Source: Vicugna vicugna
Taxonomy: Eukaryota
Reading direction: 5' to 3'
DNA: 64,000 nucleotides
Assembly (NCBI GenBank): GCA_013265495.1
Contig: MU061464.1
Location: 1,568,442 to 1,632,441 of the forward strand
The notes beneath the pieces were generated by a model, which did not search any database, was not told where the DNA came from, and saw only the letters and a list, made by a program, of their open reading frames with translations. Of the stretch, positions 25,512-37,349 are shown piece by piece; within the stretch, counting starts at the first letter, position 1; each line of letters opens with the position of its first letter. The position numbers were made by a program, and so were the translations under genes.

Positions 25512-25739
25512 CAGGGTTTGGTTTTTGCGACCCCGGGCACCATGGACGTGTGGGCTGGGTCATCCTGCTTTGCGGGGGCCCGTCCTGTGCATTGCAAGGT
25601 GTTCAGCGGCATCCCAGGCGTCTACCAACCAGACACCAGCAACACTCGCCCCCGCAGTTGTGACAACCAAAATTTCCAAATGTCCTGTGGGGGGTGGAGT
25701 GTGGGGAGAAGCAAAATTGCCCCTAGGTGAGAACCACTA
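25512..25739 (-). mobile_element. MER20 hAT-Charlie element
   Basis: CAGGGTTT...GTCCTGTGCATTGCAAGGTGTTCAGCGGCATCCC...CAGTTGTGACAACCAAAA...AAAATTGCCCCTAGGTGAGAACCACT. Confidence 0.85.
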
Positions 25740-25759
25740 TGTTATACGAAGAAACTAAA

Positions 25760-25975
25760 GTCCTATTGCGAGCTTATACTCACTGGATATTTATCGCATG
25801 CTAGGCTCTCTGTTAAGTGTTTTCGTCTATGAACTCATTTAACCCTCACAAGACCTTGATGAAGTATACGTACAATTATTATCCACATTTGACTGATAAA
25901 GAAATTAAGGGTCAGCAGTGTTGACAACTTAGCCAAACTCACGCTCCTCATGAGCAGCAGATTCAGGACCTGACT
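25760..25975 (-). mobile_element. MIR SINE
   Basis: CTCATTTAACCCTCACAAGACC...ATTATTATCCACATTTGACTGATAAAGAAATTAAGG...GCAGAGATTCAGGACC-like core. Confidence 0.7.
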
Positions 25976-28900
25976 TAGGCGCTCCCACGGCAGCCTGTAC
26001 GCAGGCCTCTGTCACCTGGCGGAGTAAACCAAGCAGTGGGGGCGCCAGCAACACAGGAGCCCCAGCCAGCAGTCCCAGCTTAATCACCGGCAGTCAGACT
26101 CAGCAGGCCCAGCACACGTTGCCCGGGACGGCTCCGGGAGCCCTTCTCCCGGCCGCACCCTGAGGACCCAGGGGCTCGCCTGCATCCCCCGGACAACGAA
26201 GGATGACAACAGCCGCTGCTCCTGTTAATGCCCCACGATCACGCCCCTCTGCCGTCATCATGGTAACATTTTCTTATTGGAGAACGAGTCAGCTTTTGGC
26301 CTCAACATGGGGGTGGGGGAAACTCACCCAGAAGGGACAACGATTGTCCTCTAAGGCCCAGGACCTCAAGGCTGGTTACAGAGCCTGCGGCGCCGTTGCG
26401 CCAGCCCCCCCGCGTCGGGTCCCCCCCTCGGTGACTGTGCTGCTTGTCACGCAGTCGTTCTCGGTGCCGCAGGCAGCCTCGGTTTTAGGCGACGTGTAGG
26501 TGAACGTTCTGAAAACATTCACAGACAAACCTGAGTCCAGCCCTGAGGCCACGAGGCGCTGGAAGTGCGGCCCTGCCCAGATGAACTGCCTGTCAGAGCC
26601 TCGATTTCCTAATCTGTGTAACAGCAGATGTCTATGTATTTTTAGAAGGCGGCCGTGGAGAAGTGCCGCAATGCACTGCGAAGTTCGGGTGCACGGCAAG
26701 CGCTCCTTCGTGCACGTACCCCTGCTCCCAGCCACTAAGCTCCCCCGGGGACAGGTTTGCCAGGCTGCCTCTGAGTCTTGTTCACGGTGCCTCCTGATGG
26801 CAGGCGAGGCTGGGAAAAGCAGCAGCCTTCAGGAGCCAGGGCCGGCAGCCTGGACTCGGGGCGGCAAGGGGCAAGCGCTGGAGGTACTTGAAGGCTGCCC
26901 GGGAGCCTCCTGCAGCTGCATCGCTGAGGACACGGTGCCGTGGCCGTGCTGCAGGGACCAATGCTGGAGAAAGGCTTTAGCATGGGACAGGTCTTACTGT
27001 GCACATTTCCCTGACAGAACAGCCTGGAACCCTGCTCCTGTGTGCTCAGCATCCATGGACTCGCTCAGCTCTCCGAGATGCCCAGCCATTTCCTGTTTCA
27101 ATCCTAATTCATTAACTTGGCTCCCAATGAATGAATCTGATGGGCTGGTCTTCACTGGCCAGTGAGCTCAGACTAGTCCCAGTCTCTGAGTTGAGCATCC
27201 CATTGCTTTGTGCCGATTTCTGAAATCCTGATCCACTTATTTCCCACCGATCTGTATCCGTCAGAAGCACAGATGACATAACTCACTCCTGGGTGTCTCC
27301 TTCATAAAGCCTGCAGGGACTCTGAGCAGCCGTCTAATCGTGCACATAGGAGTGTGTACCACTTAGTGGGCAGATCTGAATTCTTCTATTGCCCTGGTAA
27401 GGCCTTTTTCCCCATTACGCATCCGAGGAAGGAACAGAAGCTCAGAGAGGTTGAACGGCTCACCTGAGGCGCCCCCCGCAACCTAGTGAGTGTCTCGCCA
27501 GAATGCAAAGCTAGGACTGTCTTCTTTTTGATGATTCTAAGTGACCGCCCTGTCCTATTACTTCTTTGATGTTTGTGTATGGGGCGGTGTCCACTGGGCC
27601 CAGAACAGCTGGCAGAATCTTCTTTCACTTTACTTACTGCTTGTGGAGCTAATTGGTGGTTATACTCAATGATTTGCAAAGGAGGAGTAGGATATGGGGG
27701 TAGACTGCTCAGAAAGGAGAGCCCCAGGAAGGAAGGAAGACAAGGGAAGGAGGCAGAGAGGAAGGAAGCTGCTTTCTCTTGCGCTGGTCCTGGTGACTCA
27801 GAGGGATAGTTCCAGCTGGCTTGTCGGTGAGGGGTGAGGGGTGGGGCCCGTCCCCGTCACTCACGAAGCATGTGCCTTCTCGGCGGGGGTGCTGATAGCA
27901 CACGTTCACCTCCCAGGAGGGGCGCTTCCTGCTTCCTTGGAAGGGCACACGTGAGGGGTACTTGACAAGGAATGCAGTGCAGACTCAGTGAAGAAGCCTC
28001 ATGCCCCACAAGGAGAGCCACTCCAAGGGCTGTGGAGAAAATGGGACCAAGATGTGGTCTCAGACGCTCAGAGGAGGCTGTGAGGACGAGGTGTCCCTGG
28101 GCCCCCCCGTCTGAACCACCCTCTGTACACCCAACGCCCTGCGGCACAAAGGCTGTGTTTAGGAATCAGAGGCACGTTTCTGTAAACACATAGATTTAGC
28201 TCCAGTTTTAGAGCCCAGCTACTCCCTGCAACACACAGTCCGCAAAGCATTCACAATGTTGTGCAAAGTCTGTTACCATTTGCACTCCCTGTCCTCCGTG
28301 CAGGTAAGATGGATCTAGGAACTTGGCCAGAGTCCCGGGAAACAGCCAGGATTAAACAGAAGCCACAGAAGCTACAGCGAGATCACAGGAACCCTGAACG
28401 GGACGTGAGGGGCACAGGGAGCCCCTGAGCTCAAGCCCCCAGATGGAGAGGATCCGGGCCACATGGGGCCAGCTCAGGGACACAGGGGGACTAGGAGTGG
28501 GGGGCTCCTTTATGTGACCAAATGGACGTTCAGCCCTGCCTCGCAGCCTACATCTTAATGTAAGTTTGTTTTCCAACGCTCCGTCAAAAGCCACCTCCAT
28601 CTGGTGCTTGGCAATGGATGTAAACGTCCCTGCCTCTCATCACCCAAACGTCCCCAGCGTGGCCTGTCCCTTGGGCCCCTCCCCCCACCGCTGCCCTGGG
28701 GCCAGGCCCTGGGTGCTGCTGACATGGAGACAGGGCCCAGCTCCGTGTCACAGCTCAGCAGCGCCCCTGGCCTCAGGCCTCAGGCAGGCTGTCCCGAGGG
28801 AGCCTGGAGGCAGCGAAGCCCCTCGGCCGGCCCTGGAGTGAGAGCGCTCCTCAGTGACGGGCTCCGGTTCGGTGAGGCCGCAAGCTCCTGCAGTTACTGG

Positions 28901-29019
28901 CCCTTTAAGGAAAACATGCAAAATTACAAATTCAGAGCCAGGTGCAGGGCCCTGGAGGGGCCTGCTCAAGAAAAAGCCCCCAGGCTTGGCCTGCCTCCGC
29001 TGTGAGCCCGCTCTGGCTG

Positions 29020-30420
29020 CCCCCACGCTGGCCGCCTAGCCGGGTCTGTGAGGCCTCCGGCGGCGGCGCTGGAGGCAAGGCTTGACCTAACTTCCTCGGC
29101 ACACAGAGGTGCTTAATTGTTGGGTTTCAAGCTCGGGGTGGAAAGAAACTGGGCAGGCTGAGAACTTGCTGGATTGAAACACTGGGCTAATCAATTCAAA
29201 AGGAGCCATTTTAAAAGATCGTTTTGGGAACTGTTGTTCTGCAGAGTAGTTACTGTTTGAAGTAGACTCGCGAGGCGCCCTTCGCCGCGCCCAGCGTCGC
29301 CCACTCGTCGGCCTGCTGCCGCCGCCCCGCCGCCCGCAGCTCCGCACCCGCGCGCCCCCCTCCTTCGGGACCCGACCCCGCGCCACAAGCCAAGCGCCGC
29401 GCCACGACCGCCTCGGCCTCTGGAGCTGCCCGGCAGCCGGGGGCGAGTTTAAGGTGGGGGTCACAGCCCGTCCCCGGCTTCGCTTTGACCCTTCGGCCAC
29501 TGACGCTGCTGTGATACGCTGAGTAGAGGAAGGAGACACTCCAGGAGCCACAGAGAACTGGACCACTGAGTCAGGCAGCCACGGCCGCAGGGAAGCTCGG
29601 CCGCGGGTCGTCACAGGAGCTGGGCTCTATCCCCGCAGAAGGTGGCACCCAGTGCGGGCCACGCCGACGGGCCTTGGTCCAGGCGCCCAGGCCTTCCCTG
29701 GAGCTCGGCAGCTCCGGACCGGGCTCCGCTGGAAGGACCCCGCCCCAGCAGTAGGACCTGCGTCAAAGGGCGCGCCCTCTGGGTGCCACAGCCTCTGCTC
29801 CTGGAAACCCCAGGCCGGAGAGGGGACGGACGCTAGTTAGGGACACAGCGGCATGGCAGGAAGCCAGTGGGACCCTGAGAGGGTAGAGGAAGGTTCTGCT
29901 GGGAGGAAAGGAGGGGGAGGGCAGGGGGCAGGCGGGTGCACTCGGGAAGGGAGGGACCAAGACAGGCCAGCCAGCTGCCCCGGCCCCAGGTCCTGGCGAG
30001 CCAGTGTCTCTTCAGGGGCCAGCAGCAGCTCTCCAAGGGCTGGGCACGGGCTGCCATCCAGCTCCCGGCCACCGGGGGAGCAGGGCAGGCTGGGACGGTC
30101 CTCCCCATCCCGCTGACTGGAGGGGAGTAAAAGTGTTCCAAGGAGGCCTCGGCTCACGTCAGATCTTCTCGCCTTGGAAACTTCTTGCTGGCGTTTCCTG
30201 GGGGCGCCTGTCTCTTCTGGCCAGATTGGAAGGTCCTGGGAGAACGGGCCTTGTCTAAATAACGAGCGCTTCCTCCTGTGGGGCCCTTGCTGTGCGCCAG
30301 GAGTCGTCGCGCCCGCGCTCCCCAGCGCCACCGCACACCTCAGGCGCCCAAGGCTCGGCCGCCGCTGGTGCGCCCGAGACCGCACAGCGCATGAGGCGGT
30401 GTAACCAACCCGTGTGTCCG
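29020..30420. promoter_or_regulatory. CpG island 2 (orphan promoter-like)
   Basis: Very dense CpG at 29265-29460 (GCCGCCGCCCCGCCGCCCGC), GGTGGGGG KLF/SP box, AP-1 TGAGTCA at 29567-73, and a second CpG lobe at 30290-30420. Confidence 0.7.
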
Positions 30421-31793
30421 GGAGGTTGGCTTCTAAAGCCGTTCACTAAATGTTGGTCAGATTCACTGAACTAGTTCCTACTGGATAAGAACTATGAATA
30501 GAGCTAACTCCTGATTTGCAACGATTAAAAATAATCCTAAAGCAAGTAATCAAAAGTTCATCAGCATTTGCCCTCAGAGTGCACCTCTGTCCACGCATTT
30601 GAACCACGTTTGAACACGGGTGTGTTTGCTCTTCTGGGAATTTACAGTTAAACCAGGTCACGAAGACGGCAGAGGAGCTCCAGGCTGTGGGTGGTACAAC
30701 GCAGGTTCTCCTGCTAGAACGTCTCCCTCCACGGGGGTCAGTCCTGAGCCGGCTCCCCCTCTCCGTTCAAATCCTCTCTACTTTTTACTTCCAGCCCTGA
30801 GCTCCCTTGAGCTTCCAGATTCACATACTCTGTGCTTCCTTGACATCTCCCCTTGGACAGTTAACAGGCGCCGCAGACAGCGTCCGCAGTGGAACCGTGT
30901 TCTGCCCCCTCCCGACCTGTTCCCCCAGGCGCGCCGGCTCGGGGATGGCATCACCACCCCCAGTTGCTCAGATCAAAACGCAGGGCATCCCTGACTCCTT
31001 TCTCTCTCCCCCCACACCCTATCCAGCGCCGATTCTCATTGGTTCCTGCTCCAAAGGAGCGTCCTGTAGCTCGCCTAAGCTATCGTCTGGGTTCACAGAA
31101 GCCTCAGTCCTCTCATCTACAAAATGGGCAGCCCACCTAGTTTACTTTCTTCATTTGTATTTTGGTTATCACACTGTTAAGAAAAATCCTAATGTCTTCC
31201 GGGGTAGCCCTGCTCAGAAGAGAGGAATGGTCATTTCCAGTTCTGTGATTCTGATATAAAGTTCAAAATGCCATGCATTCCATCACCAAAATATTTCCTG
31301 GTCCATCCACCGATTCACTATGAAAAAACTCCCCTCTTGGGAAAATGATTTACCTGTTTTAAGTGAGGTGTATTTTTTTGCCATTTAGATGCCAGCTGTT
31401 TAAAAAAATAATAAAACTTTAAGAAGATAATATACATTTATCATTTTTACATAAAAACAAGAGCTAAAGGTTAACTCATTTGACAAGAATGTATTATTTT
31501 TTTAAAATGACAGAGATGGTCTTAAAGTAAACTGGGCAATCGCTAACTCCCTTAGCAGCACTAAATAAATTCCTCTTCTGTGAAGTATCAGGAACTGTTT
31601 ATTTCTCTATGCCCTCAAAGGCAATCTGGATTTTCAGTTAGCCCTCACAGAGGTGGACTGAAATGCGAGCTGCAGTTGCTGGTAGATTAATTACAATTTT
31701 TTTCAAATATTTTGAGCACACTCTTCCAGTTATGCAATCAACCTTAAAAAGTAGATCTTAAAATCTTGGAGTCTGTAACACTTTGTGTCTGTT

Positions 31794-31801
31794 TATATAA
31801 G
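31794..31801. promoter_or_regulatory. TATA box readable on both strands (+ TATATAAG; - TATATAAA at 31792-99), with a C/EBP-PAR site TTATGCAAT at 31730-38
   Basis: Exact TATAWAWR matches on both strands inside a repeat-free AT-rich block, abutting a (GA)n(GT)n tract. Confidence 0.35.
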
Positions 31802-31824
31802 AGAGAGAGAAAGAGGGAGAGAGA

Positions 31825-32420
31825 AAGTGTGTGTGAGTGTGTCTTGCCCAGGATTCCTGCGTGACCTGCTGCTGGTCTGTGTGAACTGACAGGCCCCAAA
31901 CGACCCTGCAGAAACGCAGACAGCGCCGCTCCGCGGCTGTGGCCTTTCGTGCACATTCCTGGGAAATGCGATCCTTGTGGTTTCCGCCCTCATTTCTCTC
32001 AGAACACAGATGTGAGTAAATTCTACTTTGAAAAGAACGCATACACTTTGGCTTACATTAAGATGAATTTGAAATGCATAAGGAACGTAGAGCCATTTGG
32101 GATCAATATTTACGAAATCCAAATCTCCTTCATGCCGCGTCAGCCCTAATTAGTGCGTAGATTCTAACTTAATTGTGGCGGCTTCCTTCTGTTTACATTT
32201 CTGAAATTAAACATCCCCTCCTCAGTGGTCCCTCTGGGAGAAGACGCACAGCTGGCTCCAAGTCAGTTTTGGTTCCCACCCCCTTACCTTTTTTTTCCCT
32301 CATAGATCAAACAAACAAACAAACAAACAAACAAATACATAGTTCTGCTCCCAGCCCAGCTGTTAAGGAAATAGGAGCTCTTGTTGACAACTAAATTAAA
32401 CATCTAAATAGCTGCAGTTT
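31825..32420 (+). ncRNA. Hypothetical two-exon transcript (exon 1 about 31825-32011, exon 2 from 32306)
   Basis: Upstream TATA, donor AT|GTGAGT at 32011/12, branch CTTAC plus polypyrimidine tract plus TAG ending 32305, and ATTAAA at 32395-400. Motif evidence only. Confidence 0.2.
32308..32335 (+). repeat. (CAAA)7 microsatellite
   Basis: Seven perfect CAAA units. Confidence 0.95.
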
Positions 32421-33569
32421 ATTGAATTCAAATTTAGTGGGAGTGAATGGGGGGCTGTGGGGGACTGACACTTTGAGTTCACTGCATTAGTAGTGAGGAA
32501 TACTTCTAGCTGTTTTCCTGTCTGTGGCACAAGAAGCTACCAACTCATGGTTTACACTTGAAAAACAGCAGAAACCATTAACTCACTCTCCATGCCTTTC
32601 CATGATGGCTCTTGGCTACTAAGTCTACTTACAGAAATGCCGGGGGGCAGCAGGTCTCCCACGGGGACGCCGGGCCTACCGTCTGCGGGTGACAAGGCAG
32701 CTCCTTCCTAGGTCAGGGGCGCGGGAGGGGCTCGGGCTCCGTCCGCCCTCGCGGATAACTGGGGGGTAATCCTAACCTAGCAGAGAATTTGACTTCCAGT
32801 CTTCGTGTGCTAAGTATGGGTAATTCCCTGAAAAGAAAGACCAGTTTGAAGCAAATGTGAGTCATGATTCATGGAGCAGGATGCAGCTGTGGTCAGACAC
32901 AACGAAGGGCGAGAAATAAGTGGCCTGAGATTGTAGGCACAGATGAAAGTCCCCGTGGTTGGGAGGGGCTGTGGGTTTACGTGAGTCCCTACCGAGTGCA
33001 GAGGCAGGTGTTGACTAAACCACAGACTGAAGGCAGTGAAGCTGGAACTGCAAGGCTTCAATGCGCATGTGTTTGCGTCAGCCTTTCTCCCACAGATCAC
33101 GGGTCCAGACCCCTTTTACCTTCTTTATTAAATCCCCAGTGTTTTCAGGCTGAGTTGTACCCACAGAGGTGCTGTGAAGCCCAGCAGGTCTGTCAGAGGC
33201 GGCAGATAGGCATACCAGCTAAAATCAGAAACTGAAGTTTGAACCTGTTTTCATGACTTTCCAAGATGTGAAATCTCACCGAGCTTCAATTTCCTCATCC
33301 GTAAAATAGAGGCAATACCTCTGCACCTGCCTGTATCATAGAATTGAACGGATGCTGCTTCAAAGGCCTGATATATAGAAGAATTCAACGGAGGGTAGGT
33401 GCGCACGTGTGACTTCAAAGTGTTTCTCCCTCCAATCAGTTCTTCCCTTAACAGCCATCAAAGTGGCTGAGAGCTCCCGGAGGGAAGGCTGAGACACAGT
33501 GCGAAGCAGCAGCTGGACAAGCTCATTCTGACCCAGAGGCAGAGCTCGTCGCTGTCCCACTCAGATCCT

Positions 33570-34103
33570 GCTGTGGTTTCCCACCACACCCAGAGCGAAA
33601 GTCCTCAAGGTCCTTCGCGACCTGCACCCCCACCAGCCCCCTGATCGCACGTTCTCCCGGCCCGTCCCTCTCGCTCCCTCTGCTCTAGCTGCCTTCCCCT
33701 CCATGTGCTTGTTCCCCAAACATGCCAAGCTTCCTTTCTGCCTTGGGGCCTTTGCACCTGCTGTTCCCTTTGCCTGAAACTCTTTCTTCAGATAGACGCT
33801 GGCTTGGATCCTCCCTGCCTTCAGGTCTCTGCTTAAATGCCTTTCCAGGAAGGCCTTCCCCGACCACTTCAGAAAAAAAGAAAAAGAGCGCCTCCACTCT
33901 CCACCCCCTGAGCCCATCTCCCCCATGAACTTGTTGCTGTCTGACGTTAAGTGTGCCTGCTTGTGTCTTCATTTGTCTCCTCCTCTGGACACTGAGCTTC
34001 ACTGGGGAGCAGCTCTTTACTTGCTGCTGTATTCCCAGAGCCGGGACCAAGTATGAGGCATGGTAGGTCCTCAGTAGACACTTGTGACCTGAATAAGTGG
34101 ATA
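33570..34103 (+). mobile_element. L2a LINE 3' end
   Basis: GGGCCTTTGCACCTGCTGTTCCCTTTGCCTGAAA, TCAGGTCTCTGCTTAAATG, GAAGGCCTTCCCCGACCAC and GCATGGTAGGTCCTCAGTAGACACTTGTGACCTGAATAAGTGG. Confidence 0.85.
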
Positions 34104-34139
34104 CCAGACGAGGCAAACTCCTACTGGTCAGTGTAAGTT

Positions 34140-34292
34140 TGGTGCGCGTCGGAGTCACCTGGAGACCCATTTCTGGGCCCAGTCTCAGAGATTTTGAGTC
34201 ACTGGGTCCGAGATGGGGCCAGGGATCATCGTTTTAACAAGACTCTCAGGTGATTCTGAAGCAGACAGACAGACTTTCAGAAACATTACTGG
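34140..34292. mobile_element. MER5A-type MITE
   Basis: GAGTCACCTGGAG...TTTTAACAAGACTCTCAGGTGATTCTGA...CTTTCAGAAACATTACT. Confidence 0.7.
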
Positions 34293-34549
34293 AGACACAG
34301 AGCCTGTTCAATCACAGTAACGAGAAGAGACTGTACCATAACCACCCGTTATTTCAACGCAGTGGGGCACCTGGGTGCACAGACCTTGACGTTTCTTTCA
34401 GCAGGAGCTGCTGTCTGAAGGCTGCCAAGCAGCTCTCCTGGAAGAGACAGTGAAGTAAGCCTTTGTCCTGCAAAGAGTCGCCTGATGGCCTCGTTGGTCC
34501 TAAAGCCCGCAGGCACGTATTGCCCTGGGGGGCGGGTAACAGGAACATT

Positions 34550-34900
34550 GTTTGCAACGTGACGCAGGCTGCCCCCCCCCCCAGGGCAGCAGGGGCTCGC
34601 GTTACGAGGGCTTCTCCGAGGGCAGAGGCTGCGAGCCTCGGGCCTGGGCTTCAGCAGCCAGCGGGGGACGGAGGCGCAGAGGAGGAGGGCTCTCCCCCGT
34701 CTCCACCCCAGATACTGGGCTCCTTCGGAGCCCTGAGCACCGACCACGCGGAGTTACAGCTGCGGGAGCCTGAGCCGTGACGCCCGTGGCCGCGCCTGCC
34801 CCCGGGGAGGGCCGCTCCGACCTGGTGCCGGGCTTCGTGCTGGGGCTGGTCTGCGTGCTTTCTGTGGGGCACATCCCGGCAGACCGCTGCTCGGTTTACC
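34550..34900. promoter_or_regulatory. Small CpG-rich patch
   Basis: Locally dense CpG, e.g. CCGTGACGCCCGTGGCCGCGCC and GGCCGCTCCGACC. Confidence 0.4.
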
Positions 34901-35589
34901 TTTAAAAAAGACTGGGGGGAGGACTTGAATCTCTGGAAGCCGCCCACCCCTGAGCCTCAGGTAGCGTGCTCTGAGGGCCCAGAGTAAACCGCCCTTGGCT
35001 GAAACGTCCAGCGCACTTAGCGAGGTGATGACGGTACCTCCTCCGTGCTGGCTGCGTCTCTGACGATCGTTCCTGCCAGGTGATGTGAATGCTTGCTTGT
35101 GTCCTGTAGCGCTTTAAACAAATGATGTAAATTTAAGAAATCTAACTATCAAATCATATCGTTGCCACCCATCTTGGTGTGTATTTCCCGAAAGAGCCGT
35201 GGCAGGCTCCACAGGCACCGCTTCCACCTGCATTTCACTCTCCCTACTGTACACCCTTTGGCCGGCGCTGCGTGAGTGCTAGCACCAAGGGAAAGCTGGC
35301 AAATCTGATACCAGGGCCCTCACTCCTGTCCGGACATCTAGGCTGCATGCGTCCGCACGCACAGACACCCCCGCCCCCCACAAACAGTGGAGAGCCCCGT
35401 GCTGAGAACAGAAGTGAGTGTGGGTCACACAGGTCTTCTCACCAAGCGCCCCGTGCCTTCATTCGGTGGGAGAGGAAACTGGAGCTCACAGGGCGCCTTC
35501 GACCAACACCGTCACTGACAGGGAGGAAAGCCACAGAGGTGAGATTTGCACTCACAGTTCTCAGCCAGGGCAAATTTCTCTCTCGCTCT

Positions 35590-36060
35590 CTCTTTTTAAA
35601 ACAGATACTACTCACTGAGGGCGTGCTAAGTGCTGTGCTCTGTGCTAAGCACTGTGCTCAGTGCTCTGCATGCATTAAAGCATTTAATCCCCAACCCCCG
35701 AGACACACATGGCATTGTTTCTATTTTATAGATGGGAAACCGAGGCAGGGCTCTGAGGCTCAGGAACTTGCCCAAGTTCGCAGAGGCAATAAGTAGCAGA
35801 GCTGGAATTACGCTCCTAACCGTCACGCAACACTGCCCTTACGCCACTTGTTTCAAGGCAACACAGTCCAGAAGCGCTGGACTTGGGGTGAGAAAGCTTT
35901 GCTCAAACGCGAGCTCTGCCTCCAAGTCTAAACTTGGGCAAATAATTTGAGCCTTCTGATTTCATCTCTGTTTTTCCTGTCTATAAAATCCCACCAGGAT
36001 TGTTGAAAGGTTCACATAAAATAATGTACGGAAAATCATTTTGCAAACCGAGCGTGCTCT
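35590..36060. mobile_element. Two MIR SINEs in opposite orientation
   Basis: Minus copy: CTATTTTATAGATGGGAAACCGAGGC...GAACTTGCCCAAG. Plus copy: AACTTGGGCAAATAATTTGAGCCTTCTG...CTGTCTATAAAAT...GGATTGTTGAAAGGTTCA. Confidence 0.7.
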
Positions 36061-37212
36061 GGAAGACATGATTACCGTGATGAAGCTGTGGCCCCCGGTA
36101 CTGCTGCACCCTGTCCCTTCCCCTTCGCTTGAACTGTAACAAGTGCCACGGATAAAGGGCTGTGTTAATGCAGTTCGTGGGTCCTGTGGTTAGATTTCAC
36201 ATCAGAGGGAAGAGTCCCAGAGGCTGGGAACCTGGGGTCAAGCTGTGCATGTTGCAGAGCGCAGTTTTTGAGCCTGTGCGTCAGACTGCCCAGAGCAACG
36301 TCTGCAAGGAAGTCTCTGCACCTTTGCAGGAAGTTGCAGGAAGGAGAAATGAAGGACTCCGTGCCTCTGTAACTTTGTAGTGCGGTAATGCTTCCCGAGC
36401 AGAGCTCACACCACACTGTTTACAGTCTTTGAAGAGAGTGATGTGTGCCAAGATGTCAGCACGACCAGAGATATCCTTGCCATTGGAAGAATGCATCAAC
36501 ATAGAAACTATAAACAACATTCAGCTTATGCCTTGTGAGTTTTGCTCTTCAGCCAACAGATTCTCACAACCTCTCACCCCGGCCCCTCACAAAAATTAAC
36601 TTCTATTTCATTTATAATTTTGAGTGAATATAGGAGCAAAGGTTAGTCTTCTAACAGCGAATGAAAAATATTTCCAGATCCAGTTTTAGTTGGGAATGGC
36701 CCACCATTCCCCAGCCTGAAACCCAAGTGCCATAGCGCTGCCGGAGCGACGCCTGGAGCCTTTCCTGCCTGCAGCTGGTAGCAAGTTCAGCTCCTCCCTC
36801 CTGTGAGGGGTTTGATGGTGCTCAGCCAGTCCCCAGCAGACACAAGAAAGCAGAAAATGGAGGCAATAAGCCAAATAATTAAAGGTGGAACATCTAACCT
36901 TTTCGTTCACCAGATACAGGTAGACAATGCTTTTAGAATTCTCCTTGACTCTTTTTACTGCGTTGTTTTATTTCGGAATATTTGTGCTATGAAGACCTTT
37001 AATGATGGCAATAAAAAGAGAAAAGGAGGGGAGGGGACAAAGAAATTCTGAAAGTAAAATACAGAGTATACCTGGTGTTTGTTCTGTCAGCTCCCTGACT
37101 CCAGGCAGAAGGGACAATTTGAGATCAAATTTATGTTTGCAAAGTCAAAAATCTGTTGTTGGGATACATACAAACGTGTAAATACTTTCCGACTATCTTC
37201 AAGAGAATCTTT

Positions 37213-37349
37213 TTTTTTTTTTTTTTCCTGAGGGGCAGGTGATTAGGTTTCTTCACTGATTTCCGCTTGGAGGAGGTGCTGGGGATTGAACCCGGGACCT
37301 CGTGCATGCTGAGCATGTGCTCTACCGCTTGAGCTATACCCTTCCCCCT
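37213..37349 (-). mobile_element. Young full-length tRNA-derived camelid SINE (Vic-1-like)
   Basis: Minus strand AGGGGGAAGGGTATAGCTCAAGCGGTAGAGCACATGCTCAGCATGCACGAGGTCCCGGGTTCAATCCCCAGCACCTCC with intact A and B boxes, an A17 tail, 10-bp TSD GAGAATCTTT (37203-12 and 37350-59) and a TT/AAAG L1-endonuclease site. Confidence 0.92.

Noticed and set aside
26029-26049. CTCF-like CCAAGCAGTGGGGGCGCC
   Set aside because: The register is off by one base relative to the core, giving several mismatches at informative positions.
26500-27165. 221-aa ORF
   Set aside because: GTG start and low-information Cys/Pro/Ala/Gly composition, with no homology recognised.
35615-35670. GTGCT-rich quasi-repeat
   Set aside because: Local slippage within the tail of a MIR element.
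37270-37349. tRNA-Ala-like sequence (also at 22118-22190)
   Set aside because: It is followed by a SINE body, A-tail and TSD, so it is a SINE head and not a tRNA gene.
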